DNA from: Phoronis australis
Lineage: Eukaryota > Animalia > Phoronida
Direction: 5' to 3'
DNA length: 64,000 nt
NCBI GenBank assembly: GCA_002633005.1
Contig: NMRA01000835.1
Coordinates: forward strand, 1-64,000
Below the pieces are notes generated by a model, which worked only from the letters and a program-made list of their open reading frames with translations, was not told the DNA's origin and did no database searches. The position numbers and the translations under genes are program-made. Of the stretch, positions 1 to 11,831 are shown one piece after another. How positions within the stretch are numbered: the first letter of the stretch is position 1; each line of letters begins with the position of its first letter.

Positions 1-2337
1 TTTACTAAACAGCTGATTACAATTGCTATTCAGTCAATCAGAGTTGATGACTAAGTAAAATCTCACCAAACAATGCAGTATCACCCACTTCGAGTAATTT
101 TATTTGCAGTGAAAATATTGCCTACAGATTATTACGGTAAAGAAAACGCTCTTTCTACCTGTAAAGCTGGTCTTTGTATCATCATTAGAAAGGCACCTGC
201 TATTGAGACCTTCCCTTTTGTCACTTTAGTCTATGTGGAGATTCGTCTCCGGGTAGATCTAATTTTCATATCTTTGATACCGATTGAAGTACCAGCAAAA
301 GATAATCGCGCCTCAAGGCTGCGTCGATTGAAGGGAATGATACTGGGCCCTCCAATGGATTTGTGTAGAGCTAAAGTGTCGGATTAAATCTGCCATTTGA
401 GGGCCATTCTTACGCTCTCACCTCGCCCAAATACTTTAATGGTCGACGTCATGAGTGGGGTGAAAACTGATGCAAACTTCCCTGCACCTGCGAATAATGC
501 GGTGTCATTGACGTCTCTTGGCCGACTTAATTTAATAATTCGGACATCGGTTCAATTCATTTACTGATTTTTGTTTTAATCGTATTTTGATCATTCAAAA
601 ATATGTCTAATCAAAAACATACTATAGCGGCATTATGTATTTGGTAAATATAGCATACAATTATAAACATTCACTAAAATCCACACAAAAATTATACAAT
701 ATTTCCACACAAAAAATAAAGATAATACAGAAAAGTGATGCAACATTTCATCTGTACATAATTGTCTCACAAGGGAGCCGTGGTTTGATCTGCAGGTCGT
801 GCTCGTGTGATCCAGATTCGAGGAATCTGCGGTCCAGTGTTGTCTGTGGTCTTTCATTGTCTAGCCGGTCGGTGCAAGAAAGACGGTGAATGTGAAACGA
901 GGGCATCACTGGCCCTCTTCAAATGCACAGTAACACTAAGCATACACGATGACACCTTGAAATAGTTCAAAGAAATGGGGATGAACATGCTCAATAAACT
1001 CGCTGTCATCACAAAAACAACTTTTGATTTGGACTGGTTACCGTTATGAAATTGGTATCAATTTTCCTTAGTCAAACTGAGGGTGATTCAAGAGCTTCGA
1101 GAGACTGGCAGTGAGTAATTTGTTTAGTCAAAGCTCGCGAAAGTTGAGATCACGGCGTGACTAAAAATCTTATGAGGTCTTGAGATCACTTCTAAACTGT
1201 GTAAGGAACAAGACAAGACCAATTTTACAGCGGTGAATGGTTTAAATAAAAACTTGTTATCTGGCTGAAATTAAGAGTTCAGTGCCACTTAATAGGGTTT
1301 GTTTAAAAATACAATCAACTACGTTCTGGCCTTCAAAACACAATCTTCCTCCAAATGCGTATTTGCTTGAATTGAAATTGGTTACGATAAATCGCATGGT
1401 ATACCGACACAGTCATATTGCGACTGAAACTCGCCGTGGCAAGCAACTTTTTGGCCGTCAGGTTACTGAACCCTAGTTTGGCTAATAAGATAGCTGAAAT
1501 TCTTGTTAAGTCGTTTTTTGTGTTATACATAGAAATAAATCACGATCTTTGATCGGGAAATCGAAAATCCAGTCTTGTATTTTTTATGAAAATAGCAAAA
1601 AATAATCGGGTCCACGAAAAAATTGTCAATCAAAAGACAGTGACCTCAACTTGAACTCCGTTCGTCGCATGATGATTGGATCAGAGATCGAAAGGTGGAA
1701 TCTCTCTGCGGAAGAAACAAGGTGTAAAAACGAACAACCACCTTTGTCAAGGCTTTATTTGATCGGTAAATTGGAATATTCTGTGAAGAAGCTGGACATA
1801 AAAACCAACAACTTGACAGGGTTTTTATTGAATGACCAAGTTTACCAGTTAAAAACAATGAGTTTCTGAGTATGATCGATCGTCGAAGTCCAATAGCAGC
1901 ATTTTAGTTTCCACCCCCTTTTGTCCATTCTGGGAACTATAGGTTACTTGACACATTTACTAGCCATGATCGACCCGAGTTCGGCTAAGTATATTTTGTC
2001 GGTTAAACATGAACGTGTTTAGTGTGAAGCAATTATTCGAGATCTTTAAAATGAGCTGGTTTGAAGCAAGTGTAGCAGGCGTTTTCTTGAGGCTGCATCA
2101 CTTACATGTATATGGAAAAAAGAAAATGTTATCAATTTTTTGCCTGAAACCTGGAAAAATGACAATAGCACAAAAAACTGGGATCTTGATAAATGTATTT
2201 GGTCAGTTGATAATTGTAGGTTGTAAGTTTTTATGGTAACATAGTCGAATGACATTCCTCTACTCTAGAAGTATTAATGAGTTAGAATAATTATGCCTTT
2301 CGCTAATTAGAAAATGTCTGCATTTTTCAGTAATATG

Positions 2338-3334
2338 CATAGGCGGATTTAGGGGGGGCAGGGGGCCCCGCCCCCCCCCCTTGGCTGCTGCAAAAAAATA
2401 AAACAGTAAGAGCGTAGGGAAATGGTGAGTTTATTAATTAACCCCGGTAATTAAAATTATACGGATGAAAAAAAGATTTAAATGTGTGCAGTTTTAGTGT
2501 TGGGGGGGGCTCAAATCCAATTTCAAGTGTCAAATTCGGAACACGGCGCATTGGTAACGGAACTATGGCTAAGTATAGGCTCTCCCGCGATTTCCCAGGT
2601 GACCGGCAGTGGCGCTGCGCACTACGACTCCGTTTCCGTCGTCTGCTCCACTGTGCAATGAAGAAAATTTACTTCAATTTTTAAAGAAAATGGAATCTGA
2701 GTGAAGATGAAAAAACAGAAGCTGCTGGTAAGATGTGAATTTTAATCCAAGCCTTAGTGAATCACTCAGAAACTCTCTTTGTCAAACCTTATCTTAAGAC
2801 GATTTCCAAAGCAATCCCGTCATTATTGCCAACATGAAAAATGGATTTGGTCTATTGGGCATTTGAAGACTATTTCAAATACGACAAATTTGTTAAGAAT
2901 TGATGGCACAAAATATAAAACGTGTAATAAGCATTACAAAAAGAAGTAGGTTTCGCGCGCAAACGCTGTGGACCATAAACAAGTAGGTCTTTTAATATGA
3001 AATCAGTGGTGTTATTCGTGGTGGTTTATTGGTAACGCACGCGCGCTCTATCCGCCAGGTTGTGAGTTCGAGTCTTTGATACTTGCAGTTTTTCCTGTTT
3101 GACACGTTCTCCGTTTTTTGCCGTGTTTTCTTGGATAATATATCAGGAATCAACGAAAATGCTTGATTTTTAGAGGTAAAAACAGAAAAATTTCCTGGGC
3201 GGGAGGGGGGCAAACCCCCTTCCGACCTCCCCCCATTCGGTGCTATGCGCATCTACAATCGTTCAGTTGGTGCAAATGCTTGCAGCCGGACAAAATGTTG
3301 GGCCCCCCCTTGTGATATCCTAGATCCGCCACTG
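2338..3334. mobile_element. ~1-kb non-autonomous DNA transposon (MITE), copy 1
   Basis: Imperfect TIRs CATAGGCGGATTTAGG ... CCTAGATCCGCCACTG; 5-bp direct flank ATATG at 2333-2337 and 3335-3339; closely similar copies at 18031 and 63415. Confidence 0.85.
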
Positions 3335-4827
3335 ATATGGGTGTCGCACGCAATATAGGTCCGCCCTCTTTCAGTACCATTGCGTACTGTAGTTTCTTAT
3401 TTGTTGAAAAAACTCTGGAAAGTTTGGTTGACATTACGCATATGGGTTATATTTACACTTTTTCGAAGTTTCAATCTTTGCTTTCACGGTTCAATAGGGG
3501 TCCTGATTAAGCGTTATTTTTAACGTTTTGAAATTTGAAAGTTACCATCCTTCACCGCTTCAACAACATTGTTTCCATGATCGACATCACCTGGATGTCA
3601 TATGTTTATGTAGAACGATTCTTACACCAATGCAAAATTTTATTTGAATAGTGGAAGCTAAGTGTGTCGTTGACACTAGTGAAATCTCCATTGGCAGGGC
3701 ACTCACAGCGCCCTCTATTTGCAATTCATGAACTGGGGTGTGTCCCAATGCTGTAAAAACTACTTAGATTCCAGGGCAAAACACAGCGTAACGGATAAAG
3801 TCCAGACTGCTGAGATCCATCAGACTTACAAGTGGGATGCAGGTACTACTTGTTGGGAAATTGCAAGACATGTTGCAGTACACTGAACCAAATTTCGGAA
3901 GGTTTGAATACTTTGTGGGCACTGTATTGTTGAACGTTGTTCATTTGGTGAAATAAATTTCGCCAAGTTTGGTGCTCTGCCTTCAATTTTTTTGTTTGCT
4001 CGAACTCTACAGGTCGCATTTTTCTTTCAATTTTCACAAATATCACACACAAGAGCTGAAACTCTATTGTTTTTTGTCATGATTGGATTCAAGATGGCGG
4101 GAGTGAAGGCCATTTTGTTTTTGAATTCAGATTCAAATGCTCATAGAAGCCGCGATAATTGACGTAAAAAGTTGAAAATCGGTATAGTTATAGATGAGGA
4201 CGTGTACTACAAATGCGTTTAAAATCTTTAACTTTTGGTTGAAGTTGACGGAAATATCGGACATCGCGCATGCGCAGCTCGGCTTCGGCACAAAATCATT
4301 TTGTCCTGTAGAGGGGGGATTGTCGAACCAATTGCTTCAAAAATTTCAAGCGTAGGTTTTCTTTAGCTAGCTATTGTCGAGTGTTGTTAAACCAAAAGTT
4401 TTTTTCAACTGAAAATGGCGGATTTGTAGCTTTTCAGCAATTTTCCATCGCGCTGGTCTTGCCATTTGTTGAACGGGATGAAGAAATTACGTAAATTTTT
4501 GCATGTGGATTTTCTGAAATATATTTTTTCATATGATCTGTTACAATAATTTTCAAACTTATTGTTTTGAGTTATTTGACCTTCCATTTCAAAAAAATGC
4601 AAAATTGGATTTTTTGAAGCGTTTATGGAATTTTGTGAATCTACTCCATTAGATACAGTTTGAACGTGGTTTCAGAAACCTGTTTCATTTTTTGAATTAT
4701 TACATATTTTTGATATCGCTATTTCTTTGATTAATGATTTTGTTGCGCTTTTGTTGGTTTACCTTCTACTGAACAAGACTATCATCTATTTCTTACTCAT
4801 TTTCGACAGCTTCGTTCGTCATATGAA

Positions 4828-4895
4828 TGTTATCATCATTTTCATCATCGCCACCTTCATCATCATAATCATCATCGTCGTCATCATATCCATCG
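4828..4895. repeat. (ATC)n-like degenerate microsatellite
   Basis: Run of catcatcataatcatcatcgtcgtcatc; explains the Ile-rich spurious ORF 4727-5065. Confidence 0.7.
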
Positions 4896-6020
4896 TAAAC
4901 TTTTCAGTTAATTTCGCCAAGTTACGCTTCTTTGAGTGCTTTCATTTTTTTATCCTTCAGGCTGTTTTGTATCAACGAAAATTGTTCACCATTCCGACCG
5001 ACTTACACAGGCAGTATACATTTCAGTGCATTTCAATTGTACAGCTAAGAAAGTCTAATTTGTAATAAATAGGTACTTTATTTTAGCATCTATTTCTTTA
5101 TTCCTGATAATGTCGGGTTCATTTCTTCACATTTAGTAATTTGTCCAAGTCACGCGAGGCATTTTGGATGGATTTTAGCACGATGTAAAGGCCGGAAAAC
5201 AATTTCCTCCTTAAATCCATATAGTAAGTCTCTATCAGTGACCTAACTATGGGAAACTCCTTATTAGGTCCATAGCTATCCGCACCTAATTCTTCTTACA
5301 GCACGCCATTTTAAAATTACAAGCTGTTGGACGTCTGTAAAATTCGACTCACGGATACTAACTTCGACAGTCAGTTCTGGGATGATACCAAAACTGAAGC
5401 CAGCGCCACCTATTTATTGTATTCGGCTAGCTCCGATCGTCCTGCCTTTAGTTGACTGCGCACTCAATGCGTTTTATTAACAAGGGAAATTTTCTTGTGA
5501 AATTAGCCCAGTAAACATATACCTTTTTACTAGCTTTAAAAATTTGCAAATGTTGGGTTAACTTGTCAAGAATCTTGGTTAATTAAACACCTCAATTAGT
5601 ATGTTTACCGATTAAGTCAGTAATTTTTGCCTCAATTTCAATTTTTATTATGTTTAAGGTCCCTTAGGAAAGAATTAACTATGTTCTATTTCTTGGTGAT
5701 TTTATTATTTTAGATGTAATTAACAAAAATGGCAAAAATATCTCATGCCACCTCATCTAATATCCCAAATTTGCGGTACTCTAACTTTTGCAAATAACGA
5801 CGACATTTATTTAACAGAAGCTACTGTGTTATATGTAAAAAAATGTGATTTGTCATATTTGCAATTTTATGCGACTTTGTCGTATTGTGACTGTTTACAT
5901 TATAAAAGACTTTCTGGCTCTCAGTGTTGGGGCGTTCCGTTATCCATTCCGGGAATATTTTACAATCGGAACAACTACACCCTTTTGGATGAGGTATCAG
6001 ACATTCAAAACGAAACCCGC

Positions 6021-6495
6021 TTCCAAAGAGTCGGGCAATTGTCACTCCCACAGAGTCGGGCAATTGTCACTCTCAAAGAGTCGGGCAATTGTCACTTCCG
6101 AAGTGCCGACAATAGTCATTTCCAAAGAGTCGGACAATAGTCACTTTCAAAGGGTCGGGCAATAGTCACTGCAAAAGAGTCGGATAATAGTCACTTCCAG
6201 ACAGTCGGACAATAGTCACTTCCAGAGTCGGACAATAGTCACTTTCAAACGGTGGGACAGTAGTTACTTCCCAAGAACAGGACAATAGTCACTTCTAAAC
6301 CGGCGTAAAAAGCCACTTTCAAAGGGTCAGGCAAAAGTCACTTCCAACGAGTCGGACAATAGTCATTTCCAAAAAGTCGGACAATAGTCACTTCCAAAAA
6401 GTCAGGCATAAGTCACTTCCAAAGAGTCGGAAAAACATCGCTTCCAAGGAGTCGGACAATAGTTACTTCCAAAACGTGGGACAGTAGTCACTTCC
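6021..6495. repeat. 25-bp minisatellite, about 19 degenerate copies
   Basis: Head-to-tail units of consensus TTCCAAAGAGTCGGACAATAGTCAC (e.g. 6121-6145, 6146-6170), no unique spacers. Confidence 0.9.
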
Positions 6496-9400
6496 GGGGT
6501 TCACGCATTTTGAGACTACTTTGTTACCCGTAGACGGTTGCTCGGTTAAAAACACTGGTTCCCAAAATGTGGTATCCAAAAAGTTGAATTCGCCAAAGGC
6601 ACCCTTTTGTGAGACGGGAAAGTGTCTTGAAAAGTTTATCCTTTCAAATGATATCGCGTTTTCTTTCACTTGCCTATACTAAGTACCCATGCAGAAAAGA
6701 GTATCCTCAAGGTTCAATACACACTAATTTCGAGGTTTGATACTCACCTTTCAGCAGACACACCGTGGATTATTGTCAGTAAGTTGTATAACATTCCGGC
6801 TTAAATAGGCAGATGAATTAATTTTGTTTTTAAAGTTCTTACACACACTCACACAGTTTCAAAATAGCGCACAGACAAAAACGATAACCAGAAAAATATC
6901 TAGACCCAATTCACGCGGCAGACATTAAAATCCAAAGCGAGGCTCACTGCGATAAACAAAGCCGAAGTTGACATTGCGTGAGTTAAATGGCCGGTCTTTT
7001 GAGTCCAAACCTGGATATTAAATCTTAAAAATGTGTCAAAAATAACCCACAGAGACGTAAAAAAATACATTAGAGAACAAGTCAATGCACCAAAGAGTTG
7101 TCTGGCGAAAGGGTATAAGCTTTTTTCGGAAAACTGAGTTCAAAACATGAAAAGTAAATATGACCAAATTGAGGCGATCGACGTATTACGGCTACTAGGT
7201 ATTATGCTGAACGCAGGGTTATGTTTCTTCTTGTAAATTGTTGATAAAAATGCTAATTTCTACACGAACCAGTTCGTCTGCTCTTAATGTTGACGAGTTG
7301 ATGAAATATTCGACAGCATTTTGCTGTCATGTGCATCTGGTATAATTTGTTAATCAACAATATTAACAAAGCATAGCCTAGCTATGTCCTGGTGAGGTAG
7401 GAACTACCGGGACTAACAATTGATCTGTTATTGATCTGAAAGAATAATTGATGTTGTTAAATACATGTATATTTTTATTAAAATAAAAAACCTGGCTCGT
7501 AATTGAAAATAAAAAATATTTGACCATGAATTCTGCTTTCTCGGTTTTAATAGTTCTTACGTCTTTGCATGTGTTAGGTTTCAAATATCAGTCTGTACCA
7601 AGTTGTATTTTAAAATTAAAACACATACCTAATTCGTTCGTCTAAAGCATAACCTCGTTTTAGAGGGTGTACAGAACAAGCATAGTTATCATGTTTCTTC
7701 AGGGGCCTCGTTCGTTCATCCCGGCGAGGGGAAAGATGCCTGTGCCTTCAAGAGGGGGATTTTTTCGCCGAGTGACGGGAAAAATCTAGCTCCCGATCAC
7801 CATCAATAAGACCCCCGCCCTGTTGCAAATTCTCATAGGCTATGTCTCAAATAGCATTTTGTGCTATTTCAAATTGTCACCTGGTGTGGTTCACTCCAGA
7901 TGATTTGAACTTCGAAGAGAAATTTCCAATCACTTTTTTAGGCCTCGTGGGGGAATTTCGCGTGATTTTTAAATATTTTTAGAGGGGAATAGAGCAGATA
8001 TTCGGCCCAAAATCGAGGGATTGAGGGACCTGTCCTTTTTTGGAAAAATGCATCATGAAAACATACTGAGCCTGGCTGGCCGAAGATTCTCCAGTCGTCA
8101 TTACGCGGCAACGAGATGCTATCAAACATGATCTAACTTTTCGAAAACATTTATAAACACGTACTGTACATATTTTCTTTCGTCGCTTCCGCATCTCAGC
8201 GTCCTTAGTCGGAGATTATAAAACAGACAGTTGAATGTCCGTATTTTCCTAGCTGTTCGAGCAACGCGGAATACTGCTATAGTAGCTAGCCTCGTTTGGG
8301 AACTCGCCTCCTGTCGGCGTGAATAGGGTCTATTATAGACGATTCTAACTCCAGTTTATCTGAATAAGAATCTAACAGAAAAATCCAGAATTTGAGAGCG
8401 TTCATACTACCCCGAAAATTCCCGACAAAGTATAATTTAAAAACTACTGTAAGAACGTAAATGTTAACCAAATGTTAGACAGTTAAATGTTAATTTTGAG
8501 CATTAACTCCTGACCACCTGATGGTGTTACACTTTTGAAATACGTGATAATTTAGCTTTTGCTTTTATTAAAACATCTGAACATTTGGGCTGAAACTAAA
8601 TGTTTAAAATGGAGGAAATGCGACTATCAATTTAGAACACCGGACATGTTGACCCAACGATAAACTTTACTTTAAATCAAAAAAGTATTGTCCTATAAAA
8701 CTTAAAATTTCCTACCATACCTCGTGTCAACTGCGAACTTGAACGGCATCTGTGACGGAACCAACCAAAAGACGAACATCCAGTCATTCGCTTTATGTTT
8801 TTGACGTTGTTAATGTTTTTTAGAGTAGAGTAGGAATGCAATGGATGATGTCCACATTAGACGTGGAGCACATAGTTCGACGTGCGCATCTGACATCTAA
8901 GAGGCGACTGCGCTGCGTGCAGGGATGCTGTCAATGTACATCGCCGGCATATTCTGCACCTCAAATACACAGCCGACAGAGCAAAGATCTGAGACACGGC
9001 CAAGACCAGTGACCATTTGGGAGTTCGGGTGCGCGCAAGCAGGGGCTCGTCGGGGCTGAATAAACAACGCATAGGCCCTGAACAAACTGAACAAATCCCG
9101 TTTGCGTTTTTTTTAGTCAACAGGAGGTCCACAACCCCAAGCACATTCGAGGCTTCTGCATCCCCACATTATAGGCTGGGNNNNNNNNNNNNNNNNNNNN
9201 NNNNNNNNNNNNNNNNNNNNNNNNNNNNNNNNNNNNNNNNNNNNNNNNNNNNNNNNNNNNNNNNNNNNNNNNNNNNNNNNNNNNNNNNNNNNNNNNNNNN
9301 NNNNNNNNNNNNNNNNNNNNNNNNNNNNNNNNNNNNNNNNNNNCCCCCCTAACTCAGAATCCTGGATCCGCCCCTGAAGACATCGTTTATTTTCTTGAAA

Positions 9401-10631
9401 AGACGGTCTAATCGTGTAACTTAGTATAAGGAAAACCTACAATTACGGAAAAAATTATGGCAGCTATAAATCCGCGTGATTGAGACTTTTCAAATTGGCG
9501 CTCTCTAGAGCAATTAGAGCACGAAAGAGACCTCCGGTTGATCACGACTCAGATTCGGTGGACAGAATTTCAATTATGAATCGTGGTTCGTTAATTACAA
9601 AAAGCAGGGGAATAAAAGCCGGAGTCAGTCCCTCCCATCCTTTGATTACTTTAAGTTTCCTTTTTTTATACCGGCTTGAATCGAAACTCTGCCGTTTCAT
9701 AACCCGCAGCCACTGGCTTTGTCGCGGATTCTTTGTCGCATTGGCGGGGAATGTATTGAACATATGTCCTTGTTCATCTATTGATATTTCAAAAGATTTG
9801 CCTTTTTCGTAAGGCATTAGTACATCCCACCGCACAGCAATGGAACTTTACCGGCATCATAAAGCAGGAAAAGTATTCAATTTCTGGTTATACCAGTAGG
9901 TTGAAACCTCCCGTCAGCTATACATGGTATCTGTGGCGCTGAACGCCTGTCCACCAATTTGAAAGACTCGATTGCCGTCTGGCGGAATAGTGAATTTCAG
10001 TATGGCGTGACTATTTCGAAAGCCAGCTATTGCTCATAACCTGCATGTGGAGTGGTTTTTGGGGTGGGAAAAGTACAGGTTAATCTTGCTTGAAACCATG
10101 CTCGTCGTATGAAATGACGCGTTCTAACAAGCTAACTCACGGAGCTTGTTCTCAAGTAACATCAGACTGTCGATTCACTATAACCCTATATTTTTCATCT
10201 TACTTGACTAAGGAACAAGTTGAGACAAATTTCGTAGCGCAAAAGTAAGTTTTCGAGACGGAAAGCGAGTTTTTAAGGTGGGAGGCTTTGAATCTTTCGA
10301 TAATTTTTGTAAACATGATTAATCAAGGGCGAACAATACGCTTTTGCAGCGCACGATCTCGCACATAAAACCTATCTTCCACGCGGGTGAACAAAATATT
10401 TTTAGAAATCAGTTTATTTCAACACCTAGTCCCCCAACCCGTATTTTGCGAGTTTGTTTTTTTCCGGAAAATGCGCATAATTTGGAAACAACAAATTCCA
10501 CAATTTTTGATTCCGAAGAAAATCCGCAAAAAGACCCGCATGAACAGGCTTTTAGGCGCTTCAAGTCACCAAACAACAAGAGTGTGAGCAGCGTTACTTC
10601 CGGAAACGCTCAATTTGCGCAAGAGGAGCCT

Positions 10632-11831
10632 TTATACTGAGTTCTCGCTGCTGACGGTTGACACGTAACTCATTTGTGATTCAGAACCAGTACCAGTAAC
10701 GGTGGTACCCATAGATTCCACAGGAAATGGAGGGATTTTCTTTCCACTTTCCATCTGCCATTTGCTAGTCGCAGGCGGTTTTTTGCATTTCTTTCTGTAG
10801 CAATTACAGAGCAAAAAGCAAAACGGTCCAACCAATATACACGAGACTGCGGCAATGATGCCGTAGAACATAGCCCCGGCTGTCTTACTTCCAACTCTAC
10901 ACACATTCCCTAGAGCTGAAGTGTTGTGCTGCATACATATCGGTGCCGGACACTTCACCTTCTCTCCCGCTTTTGTGAAGCAGAATGGTGTATCCATTGC
11001 AGAACCTTCAAAGTTTCTGCACATGTTGTGATCAGCCTTGAATTTGTCTTTTAAAACATTCACCGTCGACGTCCACGGCGCGCACTCTGTTCCCCAGATT
11101 GTATGATGTATTGGCCCCACGTAATCATATCCATGTCCTGAACTGTTCCAACAGCCAGGATCACCGGTGTAAACACCAAATTCACAAATTGTGAATTCTT
11201 CACCTTGACCTTTCTCGCGCTGTAGCCTCACGGTGTCCCCCACCAGTCGACTACTGCACTTGAATAGCCCGGGAGCTCTTGACGGAAGAAGATTTCCTGG
11301 ATCAGCATGTGATGTACAGCTGCCGACCATCTTGTCTCCAACCATGACAACTAAGGAAAATCTTTCCAATAGGTTTTCATATCCTAATCTATTCAGGAGC
11401 ATAACGTAGTTTATTGCTTTTCGCTTGCCCAGTTCTACTTGTATCCAGTTTGGAGTTTCGGTTGCGGCCGTACGCGCACACGCGGGTCGGTCGAGGATGT
11501 CTGTAGGACCTCCTGAGTCTCCCGCCTGATATTTGTTATACCAGTAGCCGTCAGTGGCTGCCCCCACACCCGGTCTTCCATCTGTGCTCTGTGTGACAGT
11601 TTTGTTCAGAGAGTGGTTTTCAAGAGTGCCCTTCTTGCACGCTTTGTCTTCGTAGCATGTGACCAGTCTCGTGCTGGGACCTTCGCATTGCCCAGTACAC
11701 GACCTCTGCTGGCAGATGCTACACGTCTGACAATTGCGCCAAGCATTAATCCATTTCGACCACTGGCCCTCACAGGTGGCGCTTTCAACCAATAGCATCA
11801 TAGCAAGCAGAATCGTCACTGGGGACACCAT
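10632..11831 (-). CDS. Single-pass membrane protein: signal peptide, TSP1 repeat, F-type lectin (FTP/F5/8-like) domain, kringle, TM, cytoplasmic tail (399 aa, one coding exon)
   Basis: Hydrophobic N-terminus; WSKWINAWRNC...RSC..C.G TSP1 pattern; QST..A.DG..C..T..W.QVELG..V.L.NR..CEFGVY FTP pattern; kringle Y.G..T..G..C..W..N.CRN..P.CFT..C...C; TM MFYGIIAAVSCILVGPFCFLL followed by basic RKKCKK. Confidence 0.88.
   Translation of the reverse strand: MVSPVTILLAMMLLVESATCEGQWSKWINAWRNCQTCSICQQRSCTGQCEGPSTRLVTCYEDKACKKGTLENHSLNKTVTQSTDGRPGVGAATDGYWYNKYQAGDSGGPTDILDRPACARTAATETPNWIQVELGKRKAINYVMLLNRLGYENLLERFSLVVMVGDKMVGSCTSHADPGNLLPSRAPGLFKCSSRLVGDTVRLQREKGQGEEFTICEFGVYTGDPGCWNSSGHGYDYVGPIHHTIWGTECAPWTSTVNVLKDKFKADHNMCRNFEGSAMDTPFCFTKAGEKVKCPAPICMQHNTSALGNVCRVGSKTAGAMFYGIIAAVSCILVGPFCFLLCNCYRKKCKKPPATSKWQMESGKKIPPFPVESMGTTVTGTGSESQMSYVSTVSSENSV

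Noticed and set aside
6021-6495. CRISPR-like array
   Set aside because: Units are contiguous with no unique spacers, there are no cas genes, and the context is eukaryotic
6720-6765. Possible hammerhead on the - strand (CTGCTGA...GAAA)
   Set aside because: Core deviates from CUGANGA and helix I does not pair convincingly
10632-10650. PDZ-binding motif at the receptor C-terminus (ENSV)
   Set aside because: Position -2 is Asn, so it fits neither class I nor class II consensus
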